Assembly: GCA_040767255.1 (NCBI GenBank)
Contig: JAXGOZ010000003.1
Coordinates: 1 to 64,000, forward strand
Length of the DNA: 64,000 bases
DNA from: Caldisericia bacterium
GTDB lineage: Bacteria > Caldisericota > Caldisericia > UBA6126
Direction: 5' to 3'
Positions 54,212 to 62,915 of this stretch are shown one piece after another. The notes below the pieces were generated by a model. The model made no database searches, had not been told where the DNA came from, and saw only the letters and a list, made by a program, of their open reading frames with translations. Every line of letters begins with the position of its first letter. Within the stretch, counting starts at the first letter, position 1. The translations under genes and the position numbers were made by a program.

Positions 54212-54252
54212 CCGCAATAGCCCTTGAGGTAAATACTACTTCGAGGTGATGT

Positions 54253-54828
54253 ATGAAAAAATCTGTTCAAATCTTTAGTATTATTGGCGTATTGATAGCT
54301 CTAGCTGTTGTTTTTGAGCTACTGATTGCGTTTCCTATTTTACCCAATGCTCCTTTTCTTCTTTATTCTCCAGGTGATTTACCCCTTCTCTTTATCGGGT
54401 ATTTTTTTGGTCCCTGGTTTGGTATTCTTGGTTCTGCCATAAAGGCAATTTTATTTATATTGTTTCGACCTGATGGGAATGGACTATGGGGCATGTTGAT
54501 GCACTTTATTGCATCTAGCACTTTTATTGTGGTATTTTCTTTGATTGCAAGGAGAAAAGTCAAAGGAAGTTTATGGATGGGACTTCTTATTGGAACGCTG
54601 GCACGAGCTGGCATCATGATTCCAGCCAACCTTCTCATTACTCCTATTTACTTAAATGCTCCCATTGCAGTTGTAAAAAAATTGTTATTACCTGCTATCA
54701 TTCCTTTCAATATTCTTCACTCTGGGATCAATAGCGTGTTATTCTCACTGCTGCTTCCACGCTTAAAAACCTTTTTTAACAGTTTAAATGGGTGTTTAAC
54801 GATAAACAAAAAGTCTCCAGCAAAGTAA
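54253..54828 (+). CDS. ribU: riboflavin transporter RibU (ECF S-component, YpaA family)
   Basis: 191 aa, 5-6 TM, directly downstream of an FMN riboswitch. Confidence 0.8.
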   Translation: MKKSVQIFSIIGVLIALAVVFELLIAFPILPNAPFLLYSPGDLPLLFIGYFFGPWFGILGSAIKAILFILFRPDGNGLWGMLMHFIASSTFIVVFSLIARRKVKGSLWMGLLIGTLARAGIMIPANLLITPIYLNAPIAVVKKLLLPAIIPFNILHSGINSVLFSLLLPRLKTFFNSLNGCLTINKKSPAK

Positions 54829-54846
54829 TTGCTGGAGACTTTTTCT
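54811..54846. terminator. rho-independent terminator (GTCTCCAGCAA / TTGCTGGAGAC + T5), overlaps the ribU stop
   Basis: Perfect 11-bp stem with T-run, between convergent ribU and the M18 peptidase. Confidence 0.8.
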
Positions 54847-54872
54847 CAATCATCTTCTATAATACTAAAAAC

Positions 54873-56279
54873 CTATTTGTACTCTTCAAAAAATCCTTTA
54901 TAGGCTCGGTAAAGTTCATACAAATCATCCTTTGCAATGATTTCTTGAGGTGAATGCATGGACAATACAGGAATGCCAACATCTACAGTTTGTATGCCTC
55001 GATTACCAAAATAGCCTGCAACAGTACCGCCTCCACCAACGTCAACTTTGCCTAATTCTGCAACTTGATAAGCGATGTCTTTTTTCTCAAACACGGATCG
55101 TACAGACCCAAGAAACTCCGAATGTGCATCATTTGCTCCGCCTTTACCGCCAGATCCGGTATATTTCGTCAAGATGACACCTTTGTGAAGCTCTGCAGCA
55201 TTCTTCGATTCAAACACATCTTTGAAGTGAGGATCTAAAGCAGCTCCTACGTCTCCAGAAAGACATACTGACAAAGACAAAACCTTATGCAAAGAAACCG
55301 AATTGTTCTCTTGTTTCATTAGGTCTTCAATGAAAACTTCCATTAAATGAGTCATTGCACCTGTAGTCCCTACAGAACCAATCTCTTCTTTATCGAAAAG
55401 CAATGTAATAGCGGCTTTTTCAGGGGTTTTTGTATCCATAAGTGCCTTCATGGCGGGGTAGGAACAACATCTATCATCATGTCCATATCCAGCCATAAGT
55501 CCTCTGTCAAAACCTATATCTCTAGCTTTACAAGCAGGAACAAATTCAAGTTCAGCACTAAAAAAGTCTTTTTCTGTAATACCGTATTCTTGGTGTAGGT
55601 AATCCATAACGAACAATTTGATAGAATCTTTTTCGTCTGCATTCAGTTGGAAAGGAAGCGTGCCTACGATGACATCTAGGTTTTCATTGTTAAACACTTC
55701 ACCTACTGGTTTTGATTTGTAGTTCTTGGCAAGATGAGGAAGAATATCGGAGATCATGAATACTGGATCTTCTTCTCTTTCTCCAACATGTATCTCAATT
55801 ACCTCACCATTTGTTTTTGTCACTACACCGTGGAGAGACAAGGCAATATTCATCCACTGATACGTTTTAATACCCCCATAATAATGAGTATCTAAAAAGG
55901 CAATACCAGAATCTTCGTAAAGTGGATTTGGCTTAACATCAAGCCTGGGAGAATCAATATGGGTTGCAATAAAGTTTACTCCACTTGAAATAGGTTGTTT
56001 ACCGGGAACATAGGCAAATATTCCTTTTTCATTCACTACTCGAAAGTACTTTGTCCCTTTCAGGGGAGTTTGGTTGGTTAATTCTACGAATCCACCTGAG
56101 AGAAGAAGATCTTTCATTTTGCGTACAAATATCCGTTCGGTTTTCCCTACGTCTAAAATATCTTTGTATTCCTTCGCAAACGATTGTATGGAAGAATCGT
56201 TCGATGTGCTCCAAACATTTTTCTTCTGAAAAAAAAGTTGCTCTCTTTTTTCTTCGGCTACTGATTTTTCTTTACTCAT
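54873..56279 (-). CDS. M18-family aminopeptidase (aminopeptidase I / aspartyl aminopeptidase-like)
   Basis: 468 aa, …ATHIDSPRLDVK…, layout typical of M18. Confidence 0.8.
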   Translation of the reverse strand: MSKEKSVAEEKREQLFFQKKNVWSTSNDSSIQSFAKEYKDILDVGKTERIFVRKMKDLLLSGGFVELTNQTPLKGTKYFRVVNEKGIFAYVPGKQPISSGVNFIATHIDSPRLDVKPNPLYEDSGIAFLDTHYYGGIKTYQWMNIALSLHGVVTKTNGEVIEIHVGEREEDPVFMISDILPHLAKNYKSKPVGEVFNNENLDVIVGTLPFQLNADEKDSIKLFVMDYLHQEYGITEKDFFSAELEFVPACKARDIGFDRGLMAGYGHDDRCCSYPAMKALMDTKTPEKAAITLLFDKEEIGSVGTTGAMTHLMEVFIEDLMKQENNSVSLHKVLSLSVCLSGDVGAALDPHFKDVFESKNAAELHKGVILTKYTGSGGKGGANDAHSEFLGSVRSVFEKKDIAYQVAELGKVDVGGGGTVAGYFGNRGIQTVDVGIPVLSMHSPQEIIAKDDLYELYRAYKGFFEEYK

Positions 56280-56407
56280 GTAAAAGCCTCCTATGTAATA
56301 AACATATGGCCCTTATCATACGCAACCAACTTCTCAAGTCAATTCGTTTATGTTCCTTTTGTGGTACAATTTTCTGTACATTCTGCAAAGGTAAAGGTAT
56401 TTTTTTG

Positions 56408-57202
56408 ATGAAAAGACAATATCGACGTGCATTGATTTTCCTTCAAATTGTAACGATTTTTCTGAGTTCTATAGCAATTCACAGCTGTTCTCCATCCAAT
56501 TGTACTATCCCTGAAGACTCAATGCCTCCAGTCTATTCTATTCATGGAAAAGAAGTGGATGAGAATTTCATGCAGAATCGGTACAAGGTTCAAGGTTCTA
56601 TACCCTACTTTTTGCACAAACACACAGGCGAACCAGATCAACGCATTAATAATATCGTAGATGCTTTCATCCACCAAGAAAAATCCAAATGGGAAAGAAG
56701 TGTGGATGAAAATTTACAACAAGATGAGTTTCATTACAACCAAATGCTGTGGATTGAATACGAAACGTTGTATCTAAGCAAGGAACATGCTAGCATACGC
56801 ATGTTTTTTAGTATTGATTTGGGAGGAGCCCATCCAAATTTATACTCAAAGAGTCTTACCATTGATCTTGAGAAAAAAACGCAAATGAGTGTTCAAGATT
56901 TATTCCTCACTCAATCCAATTATCTGATCACGTTATCGAAAATTGTCCAAAAAAAACTCCCACCAATACTTGAAGAAAATAATGCCTACTTAGACCCATT
57001 GTGGGTACAACAAGGCACAGATCCGGTTGGGGAAAACTATCAAAACATTTGTATTATTCCTGATGGACTACTAGTTACTTTCGATCCCTATCAGGTGGCA
57101 AGCTATGGAGATGGAATTCAAAGCATCGAGATCCCTTTTTCAGATCTTCGCAATGTACTCGCATTAAAGCCCAATCCACTTGCTGATCCTTCTCAGTCTT
57201 AA
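56408..57202 (+). CDS. DUF3298/DUF4163 (RsiV-like extracytoplasmic domain) protein, membrane anchored
   Basis: KRQYRRALIFLQIVTIFLSSIAI signal/TM, then a domain of the RsiV C-terminal family. An in-frame upstream ATG (56315) would add a 31-aa Cys-rich N-terminal extension; see findings. Confidence 0.6.
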   Translation: MKRQYRRALIFLQIVTIFLSSIAIHSCSPSNCTIPEDSMPPVYSIHGKEVDENFMQNRYKVQGSIPYFLHKHTGEPDQRINNIVDAFIHQEKSKWERSVDENLQQDEFHYNQMLWIEYETLYLSKEHASIRMFFSIDLGGAHPNLYSKSLTIDLEKKTQMSVQDLFLTQSNYLITLSKIVQKKLPPILEENNAYLDPLWVQQGTDPVGENYQNICIIPDGLLVTFDPYQVASYGDGIQSIEIPFSDLRNVLALKPNPLADPSQS

Positions 57203-59475
57203 TCTTCCACTTCCCATATTCGAATACCATCCGTTTCCATTACAATCGTTCCTTCGTTGTGTGTTGTTAAAACACGGCTTTTAACATTTTGCAATCTTTG
57301 AACAACCTCTTGGGATGGATGACGGAATCTAGCATACTCACCACAAGAAATGATCGATAAACTAGGTTGAACCCTTCTTAAGAACTCCTCTGTCGAAGAT
57401 GTATTACTCCCATGATGAGGAACTTTTAAAATATCTGCACGCAAATCATCTCCGAGCAATTGGATGGCCATTTTTTCTGCCTCGGATTCAATATCTCCCG
57501 TAAATAAAAAACGCTTTTTTCCATACGCAAATACGGCGATAATAGAATTGTTATTCTCGTTTTCCTTTTCAGACAATGACACATATTTGCACATTGGGAT
57601 GATTCGTAAAGAGGAAATAGAAGAAAACTTTCTGGTTTGATCTGTTTGAATTTTTTTAATGTAAGGATAAAAATGTGCATTTTTCTGCATATATCTCACA
57701 AATTCTTTCTGATCAGGCCCTTCAGATGAAGGAATCAATATAATATCAACATCCGGAACATGCTCTAAAATCCAAGGAATACCTCCATAGTGATCAGAAT
57801 GAAAATGGGAGAGAAGAATGGTGTGTATATGGTTGATTCCTCGTTTTTTTAAATAGGGAACAACGATGCCTTTTACAGGGAAATACCCGGAATCAGAAGC
57901 TTTTTCACCTGCATCAATCAAAATGATATTCTGATCAAACTCCAGCAGGATTGAATCTCCTTCTCCAACAGAGAAAAATGTGATTCTTGCTGTTGTACTT
58001 GGCAATGGAAGGAACAATAGAGAAAGTGACAAACATAAAACAGAAATCATCATTTTTTTCCAAAGAGATTGGTATTGGTTGTAATATGCACAAATCGCCA
58101 GTAAAAATGCTCCCACCAATAGGCATAGAGTAATCGTTTGCATATCTGAAGAAATGTACCGATAGGATCCTGGGATCGCATGAAAAGCTCTTCCAATATA
58201 TTGGAGTCCGTCAAACAGTATTTCCATCAAAGGATATAGAACAATTCTTGATATGCCAGGGATTACAATACTGATCACTCCCCAGAGAAAGAAAGGAGCT
58301 AAAAACAAACCAAACACTGCATTACTAAGTACACTCACAAATGAAATCATGTGAAAAGAAATGTAGGACATCAAGGAAGAAACAAGATACAGTATTCCAC
58401 TTTTTTGTATCCATGAACCAGGAATACATAAAGCTGCAGTGCAAGAAAAACTAAACCAAAAAGACACTTGCAGAACTTGATATGGCGAGAAAAGTAGAAT
58501 AAGAAAACCAGCCATTAGAAGGGTATGAAAAGGATCTGATTGCCTTCGTACAAAAAAAGACAAAGAAAAAATAGTCACCATGACATATGCTCGGACAGCA
58601 GGTATAGGAAAGCCTATCAAAAACAGATAGAAAAACATAAAAAGCTGTAACAATACAATCCTACCAAATGGATTGATTGGTAGCCAGCACAATAAAAGAA
58701 GAAAAAGAAGAGAAAGTAGCGAAAAATGCAATCCAGAAATTGACAAAAGATGTGATAGGCCAATTTCTGCATAAGACTCTCGAGGAATATTCGATTTGTG
58801 GTTTAACACGACTGCGCTCAGTAGTTGAAGCAATGTTTCATTGTCTCTAGTTGCAATTCGCAAATTTGTAAAAGCTTTTTCCCTGATTTTGTGCATCCAT
58901 TGTAAAAATATATTTTTTGGAGGTTGTATGGCTATGATGTTTTCAGACTTAAGCCTTACTATGCCTGCAAGATTATTTTTCTTCCTGTATAAATCGATTG
59001 TTTCCTTTGGTTTCACGTATTTTTGTAAGTCTTCTACGGTGACTTTGCAATGAATACTTGCACCCAAATATAATGCATCGACCGTTTTTTCCGAAGGAGA
59101 GTATAGTTTTACAAGAATTCGCGAATCCTTCATTTTTACAATAAAACGAGATTGATTGGAGTAGTGAATAGGATGCTCAATAATAGTACCTTTCAGTATA
59201 ATTTCTTGTCCTGCATTGATTTGCAGGGAATTTCTAAAGGGAGTTTTTAGCACAATAAAGCCATAAGAAAACAAAAGAAATAATAGTACGATCGTAATGA
59301 TCTGTCTTTTTCCTAGCTTTTGGGAACGAAGAAAATAATGATACAAAAGATAGCTTGTAGTTACTCCGATCAATACCCCTATAACCCAGTGGGCATAGGG
59401 ATATAGAGCAAAAGTAATTCCAACAAGAAAACTAAGAAATAAAAGGGGAAGTAACCGTTTATCCGGATCCATCAA
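57199..59475 (-). CDS. comEC: DNA internalization competence protein ComEC/Rec2 (with C-terminal MBL-fold domain)
   Basis: 758 aa: DUF4131-like N-terminus, polytopic competence domain, C-terminal HxHxDH metallo-beta-lactamase. Confidence 0.9.
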   Translation of the reverse strand: MMDPDKRLLPLLFLSFLVGITFALYPYAHWVIGVLIGVTTSYLLYHYFLRSQKLGKRQIITIVLLFLLFSYGFIVLKTPFRNSLQINAGQEIILKGTIIEHPIHYSNQSRFIVKMKDSRILVKLYSPSEKTVDALYLGASIHCKVTVEDLQKYVKPKETIDLYRKKNNLAGIVRLKSENIIAIQPPKNIFLQWMHKIREKAFTNLRIATRDNETLLQLLSAVVLNHKSNIPRESYAEIGLSHLLSISGLHFSLLSLLFLLLLCWLPINPFGRIVLLQLFMFFYLFLIGFPIPAVRAYVMVTIFSLSFFVRRQSDPFHTLLMAGFLILLFSPYQVLQVSFWFSFSCTAALCIPGSWIQKSGILYLVSSLMSYISFHMISFVSVLSNAVFGLFLAPFFLWGVISIVIPGISRIVLYPLMEILFDGLQYIGRAFHAIPGSYRYISSDMQTITLCLLVGAFLLAICAYYNQYQSLWKKMMISVLCLSLSLLFLPLPSTTARITFFSVGEGDSILLEFDQNIILIDAGEKASDSGYFPVKGIVVPYLKKRGINHIHTILLSHFHSDHYGGIPWILEHVPDVDIILIPSSEGPDQKEFVRYMQKNAHFYPYIKKIQTDQTRKFSSISSLRIIPMCKYVSLSEKENENNNSIIAVFAYGKKRFLFTGDIESEAEKMAIQLLGDDLRADILKVPHHGSNTSSTEEFLRRVQPSLSIISCGEYARFRHPSQEVVQRLQNVKSRVLTTHNEGTIVMETDGIRIWEVED

Positions 59476-60061
59476 TACAAATCAAATCCTGAAAGGCTGC
59501 AAATGTTTTGGGTCCTATTCCTGGTACTTCCATGATTTCTTCGATACATACAAAAGAACCTACCGTCTCTCTGTAATCAAGGATGTCTTGCGCTCTAGAC
59601 TCTCCAATATTGGGTAGTGTCATCAATTCTTCTTTCGTGGCTATATTGATGTTGATCTTTTTCGAACTTTGAGAAGGTTGCACTCTTGTTTCTGTTTGCT
59701 GCGATGATTGATCTGAAGAATGCTGAATACAAGAAGGTATCTGAATTTTTTCACCATTGCGAACACTTCTGGCAGGATTAATGGCTTGTAAATCAGCTTG
59801 ATCAGTAATACCTCCAGCTAGTTCAATAGCATCCATTAAGCAAATCTCATCTTGAAATTGATACAGGCCTGGGTTTTGTACTTCTCCGATGATATAAAAT
59901 CTCTGGATAGTTTGAATTTCTGATTCTTCCCATTGATTGCTCTGTTCTGTCATAGTACGGTGTATGGAAATTTGTTCCAGTTTTCCGCAATAAAAACCGA
60001 TACAAAAAATAACAATCATTCCCACAATATATACCCAAGAATTATTTCGCAGCCAGTTCAA
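59459..60061 (-). CDS. comEA: competence protein ComEA (SLBB + helix-hairpin-helix DNA receptor)
   Basis: C-terminal …LMTLPNIGESRAQDILDYRE…GIGPKTF… HhH motifs. Confidence 0.88.
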   Translation of the reverse strand: MNWLRNNSWVYIVGMIVIFCIGFYCGKLEQISIHRTMTEQSNQWEESEIQTIQRFYIIGEVQNPGLYQFQDEICLMDAIELAGGITDQADLQAINPARSVRNGEKIQIPSCIQHSSDQSSQQTETRVQPSQSSKKININIATKEELMTLPNIGESRAQDILDYRETVGSFVCIEEIMEVPGIGPKTFAAFQDLICIDGSG

Positions 60062-60075
60062 CCAAGCTCCTTAGA

Positions 60076-60834
60076 TTATATCTCCAACATTATTGGGCAG
60101 TGATCTGAGCCCTGCACCGAATCGTGAATTTCTGCTTTTTTTAGCTTTTTCTGTAATGCGAAAGAAGCAAAATGATAATCAATTCTCCATCCTATGTTTC
60201 GCTCTCTTGCACGTGCAAAATGACTCCACCAAGAATATTGAACCTTGTTTGGATGCAAAGAACGGAATGTATCAATAAAGCCTTCCGCTAAATACCGGTC
60301 AAGCCACTTCCGTTCTTCTGGTAAAAAACCAGAGATATTTTTATTCTCCTTTGGCCGGGCTAGATCAATTTCTTGGTGAGCAGTGTTATAGTCGCCGCAA
60401 ACAATCATTTTCTCATTTTTTTGTAAAAATGGACGCAGATAATCAAGTAGAGAGCTATAAAAATCATATTTGTACTGCAATCGCGTATCGTCTCTTTTAC
60501 CATTGGGAAAATAAACATTCACCAAGTGAAAATCAGGAAATTGCAAATGAAGAACTCTACCTTCTTCGTCAAAAATGGGCAACCCAAATCCGTAATGAAT
60601 TTCCTGGGGAGGTATTTTCGAATAAACAGCTACTCCGCTATATCCTTTTCTTTGGGCAGAAAAGAAATACGAGTGATACCCTTGTTTGTGCTGGATTTCT
60701 GGTGTAATCTGGTCAGAATGGATTTTGGTTTCCTGGAGACAAACGATATCGGGGTTTTCTTTGTCCATCCATTGAAAAAATCCTTTTTTAATCACAGCAC
60801 GAATACCATTCACATTCCAGGAAAAAATCCTCAT
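60076..60834 (-). CDS. xth: exodeoxyribonuclease III
   Basis: MRIFSWNVNGIRA…CLQETK is the EEP-family N-terminus. 252 aa. Confidence 0.92.
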   Translation of the reverse strand: MRIFSWNVNGIRAVIKKGFFQWMDKENPDIVCLQETKIHSDQITPEIQHKQGYHSYFFSAQRKGYSGVAVYSKIPPQEIHYGFGLPIFDEEGRVLHLQFPDFHLVNVYFPNGKRDDTRLQYKYDFYSSLLDYLRPFLQKNEKMIVCGDYNTAHQEIDLARPKENKNISGFLPEERKWLDRYLAEGFIDTFRSLHPNKVQYSWWSHFARARERNIGWRIDYHFASFALQKKLKKAEIHDSVQGSDHCPIMLEI

Positions 60835-60843
60835 ATCATCTCC

Positions 60844-60876
60844 TATTACCTAAAAAAACGGGGAGATCGAAATCTC
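60844..60876 (-). terminator. rho-independent terminator for the flp transcript (AAACGGGGAGAT-cgaa-ATCTCCCCGTTT + T7 on the minus strand)
   Basis: Perfect 12-bp stem, T-tract on the minus strand, located between flp and xth. Confidence 0.85.
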
Positions 60877-60930
60877 CCCGTTTGATGTTACCTCAGATTA
60901 GAAGAGGTGTATCACCTTTGTTGTATGTTA

Positions 60931-61092
60931 TTATTCTTCTGGTACTACTAGTTTATCTTGAACACCTGTAAATACACCTGTTACTGCATTACGTAAATTA
61001 GGAACTGCAGCAATAATAACAAGCACTAATACAGCAATGATTAATGCATACTCAAGAACGGTTTGTCCAGATTCATCTTTAAAGAAATTCAT
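60931..61092 (-). CDS. flp: Flp/Fap family type IVb pilin (53 aa); absent from the ORF track
   Basis: Reverse-strand ATG follows AAGGAGG. The translation is MNFFKDESGQTVLEYALIIAVLVLVIIAAVPNLRNAVTGVFTGVQDKLVVPEE. It carries the Flp signature G/xxxxEY after a short leader and a hydrophobic helix. Confidence 0.8.
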   Translation of the reverse strand: MNFFKDESGQTVLEYALIIAVLVLVIIAAVPNLRNAVTGVFTGVQDKLVVPEE

Positions 61093-61217
61093 GTTAGCCT
61101 CCTTGGCAAATATAAAAAATTTACACTTTCATAGTAGTACTGCTTCAAAAAAAGTCAAGGTTTTTCTTTTTTTTTAGTAAGGAAAATATGAAATAGACAT
61201 AAAGAAATTAAAGAATG

Positions 61218-62105
61218 CTAGTATTGAATGTTGATACATTGTCCTTGTGGATTCCAGGTCACTTTCCCTCCCAAGGTTTCTGCAATATAACGCAAAGGAA
61301 TCATGGTTGTATTCTTGTATAGCAGAGGCGGGACATCAATATATCGAGTTTTTCCATTTATGAGTACCATTAGTTTTCCAATTTTCATTTCAATTTGCAA
61401 CGGTTTTTGTTGAATAAGAATCATCGAATCTTTAGGAATCCACTCAATATTTGCTCCCATATCTTCTGCGATAGAGCGCAGTGGAACCAAAGTGCGCTGT
61501 TGCACAATGACAGGTGGAAGAGCAAAAGCCTTTCTTTGAGAATCTAAAAGGTATTTTCTTGACCCAATTTGTAGTTGAATAGCTTTGTTTTGAGGAGATT
61601 GAATTTGGATTGAAGAAGGCAAAAAGTGGTATGGAAGAGGATGATTATGGGTATCTTTGATTGTTCCTTGCGATATCCAAAATCGAGCAGTTCCCGGTGA
61701 GTTTGCTTCAAATACAAGAACAGAAATGCTTTGAATATTGGATAAAGAAGACGTTTTACCTGTTCCTTGTATTTGTAAATGAATTTTATGGTCCTTCTCA
61801 TCCACTGCTACAAAGGGTTTCTCAAAACCTTGATAAATAGTCCCTGGATAACAATGTTTGAAGGACAAATTTGAGAATTGTATTTCAAGATCAATTTCCT
61901 GAAACGTATTGACACTCTCACTTGTACACAAATACAATGCTACATCGTTTCCTTGTGTATAGATACCCAAAACAACAGGCTCAATTCGCAAATACAAATT
62001 TTGAGCTTTTGCTTGAATAAGTTCAGCATGAAGAAATACAAGAACAATCACTATGACAGACAATACAATCTTTTTGGGTGTAATTCTGTTCTTAATCAGA
62101 TGCAT
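61218..62105 (-). CDS. secreted protein with a copper-amine-oxidase N-terminal-like (stalk) domain, repeated
   Basis: Signal peptide, then two copies of …TLVPLRSIAEDMGANIEW… / …TMIPLRYIAETLGGKVTWN…, the Cu_amine_oxidN1 motif. Confidence 0.6.
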   Translation of the reverse strand: MHLIKNRITPKKIVLSVIVIVLVFLHAELIQAKAQNLYLRIEPVVLGIYTQGNDVALYLCTSESVNTFQEIDLEIQFSNLSFKHCYPGTIYQGFEKPFVAVDEKDHKIHLQIQGTGKTSSLSNIQSISVLVFEANSPGTARFWISQGTIKDTHNHPLPYHFLPSSIQIQSPQNKAIQLQIGSRKYLLDSQRKAFALPPVIVQQRTLVPLRSIAEDMGANIEWIPKDSMILIQQKPLQIEMKIGKLMVLINGKTRYIDVPPLLYKNTTMIPLRYIAETLGGKVTWNPQGQCINIQY

Positions 62106-62823
62106 CCCATACTTTCATCATGACTGTTCCTGCATCGAGCATAGATTGGAAGGTACCCGCATCAAACCATTTTCCCTGCACCTTATCAAATTGTAGAGAA
62201 TGCTCATGCATATACATATTGTTTAAAGTAGTGATTTCATATTCTCCTCTAGCAGATGGAGTAATAGAAGGGATTTTATCCCATGCGGTTGAATCGTATA
62301 AATATGCCCCAACGACGGCTAAATTGCTTTTTGGCTTCTGTGGTTTTTCTTCAATTTCCGTAATATAGTTTCCCTCCACACTAGCCACGCCAAATCTCTG
62401 GGGATCTGGTACTTCATAGAGTAAAACACGTGCTCCTTTTTGCTTCTGTTGATGAACAAAACCTTCATAAAAATATTGTATAGGTTTTTCAAAAATACAA
62501 TCGCCTAAAAACAACATCATGGAATCTCCCTTTGTAAATTCTTTTGCTTCTTTTAAAGCATCTACAATTCCCAAAGGTTTTTCTTGCACTGCATAAATGA
62601 TATGAAGCCCCATATTAGAACCAGATCCAAACACTGCTGCAAAATCACCGATATCTTGCCTATTTGTTACAATCATGATCTCCTGGATGCCACACTGTTT
62701 CATATTGGATAGAGGATAATAGATCATGGGATACCGACCAATAGGCAACAACGTTTTGTTGGTAGCTTTCGTTAAAGGATCAAGCCTTGAACCTACACCA
62801 CCGGCTAAGACAACACCTTTCAT
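62092..62823 (-). CDS. sugar-phosphate nucleotidyltransferase (short-form glucose-1-phosphate thymidylyl/cytidylyltransferase, SpsI/RmlA-like)
   Basis: MKGVVLAGGVGSRLDPLTKATNKTLLPI is the nucleotidyltransferase G-x-G-t-R-L signature. 243 aa. Confidence 0.8.
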   Translation of the reverse strand: MKGVVLAGGVGSRLDPLTKATNKTLLPIGRYPMIYYPLSNMKQCGIQEIMIVTNRQDIGDFAAVFGSGSNMGLHIIYAVQEKPLGIVDALKEAKEFTKGDSMMLFLGDCIFEKPIQYFYEGFVHQQKQKGARVLLYEVPDPQRFGVASVEGNYITEIEEKPQKPKSNLAVVGAYLYDSTAWDKIPSITPSARGEYEITTLNNMYMHEHSLQFDKVQGKWFDAGTFQSMLDAGTVMMKVWDASD

Positions 62824-62915
62824 AGTAACCTCGCTAACATAGATAGACTTTTATTTTATACACCTCTATGTTAAAGTATAATGAAGATGTTTCAATACCA
62901 TGAAAGAGAATAGCG

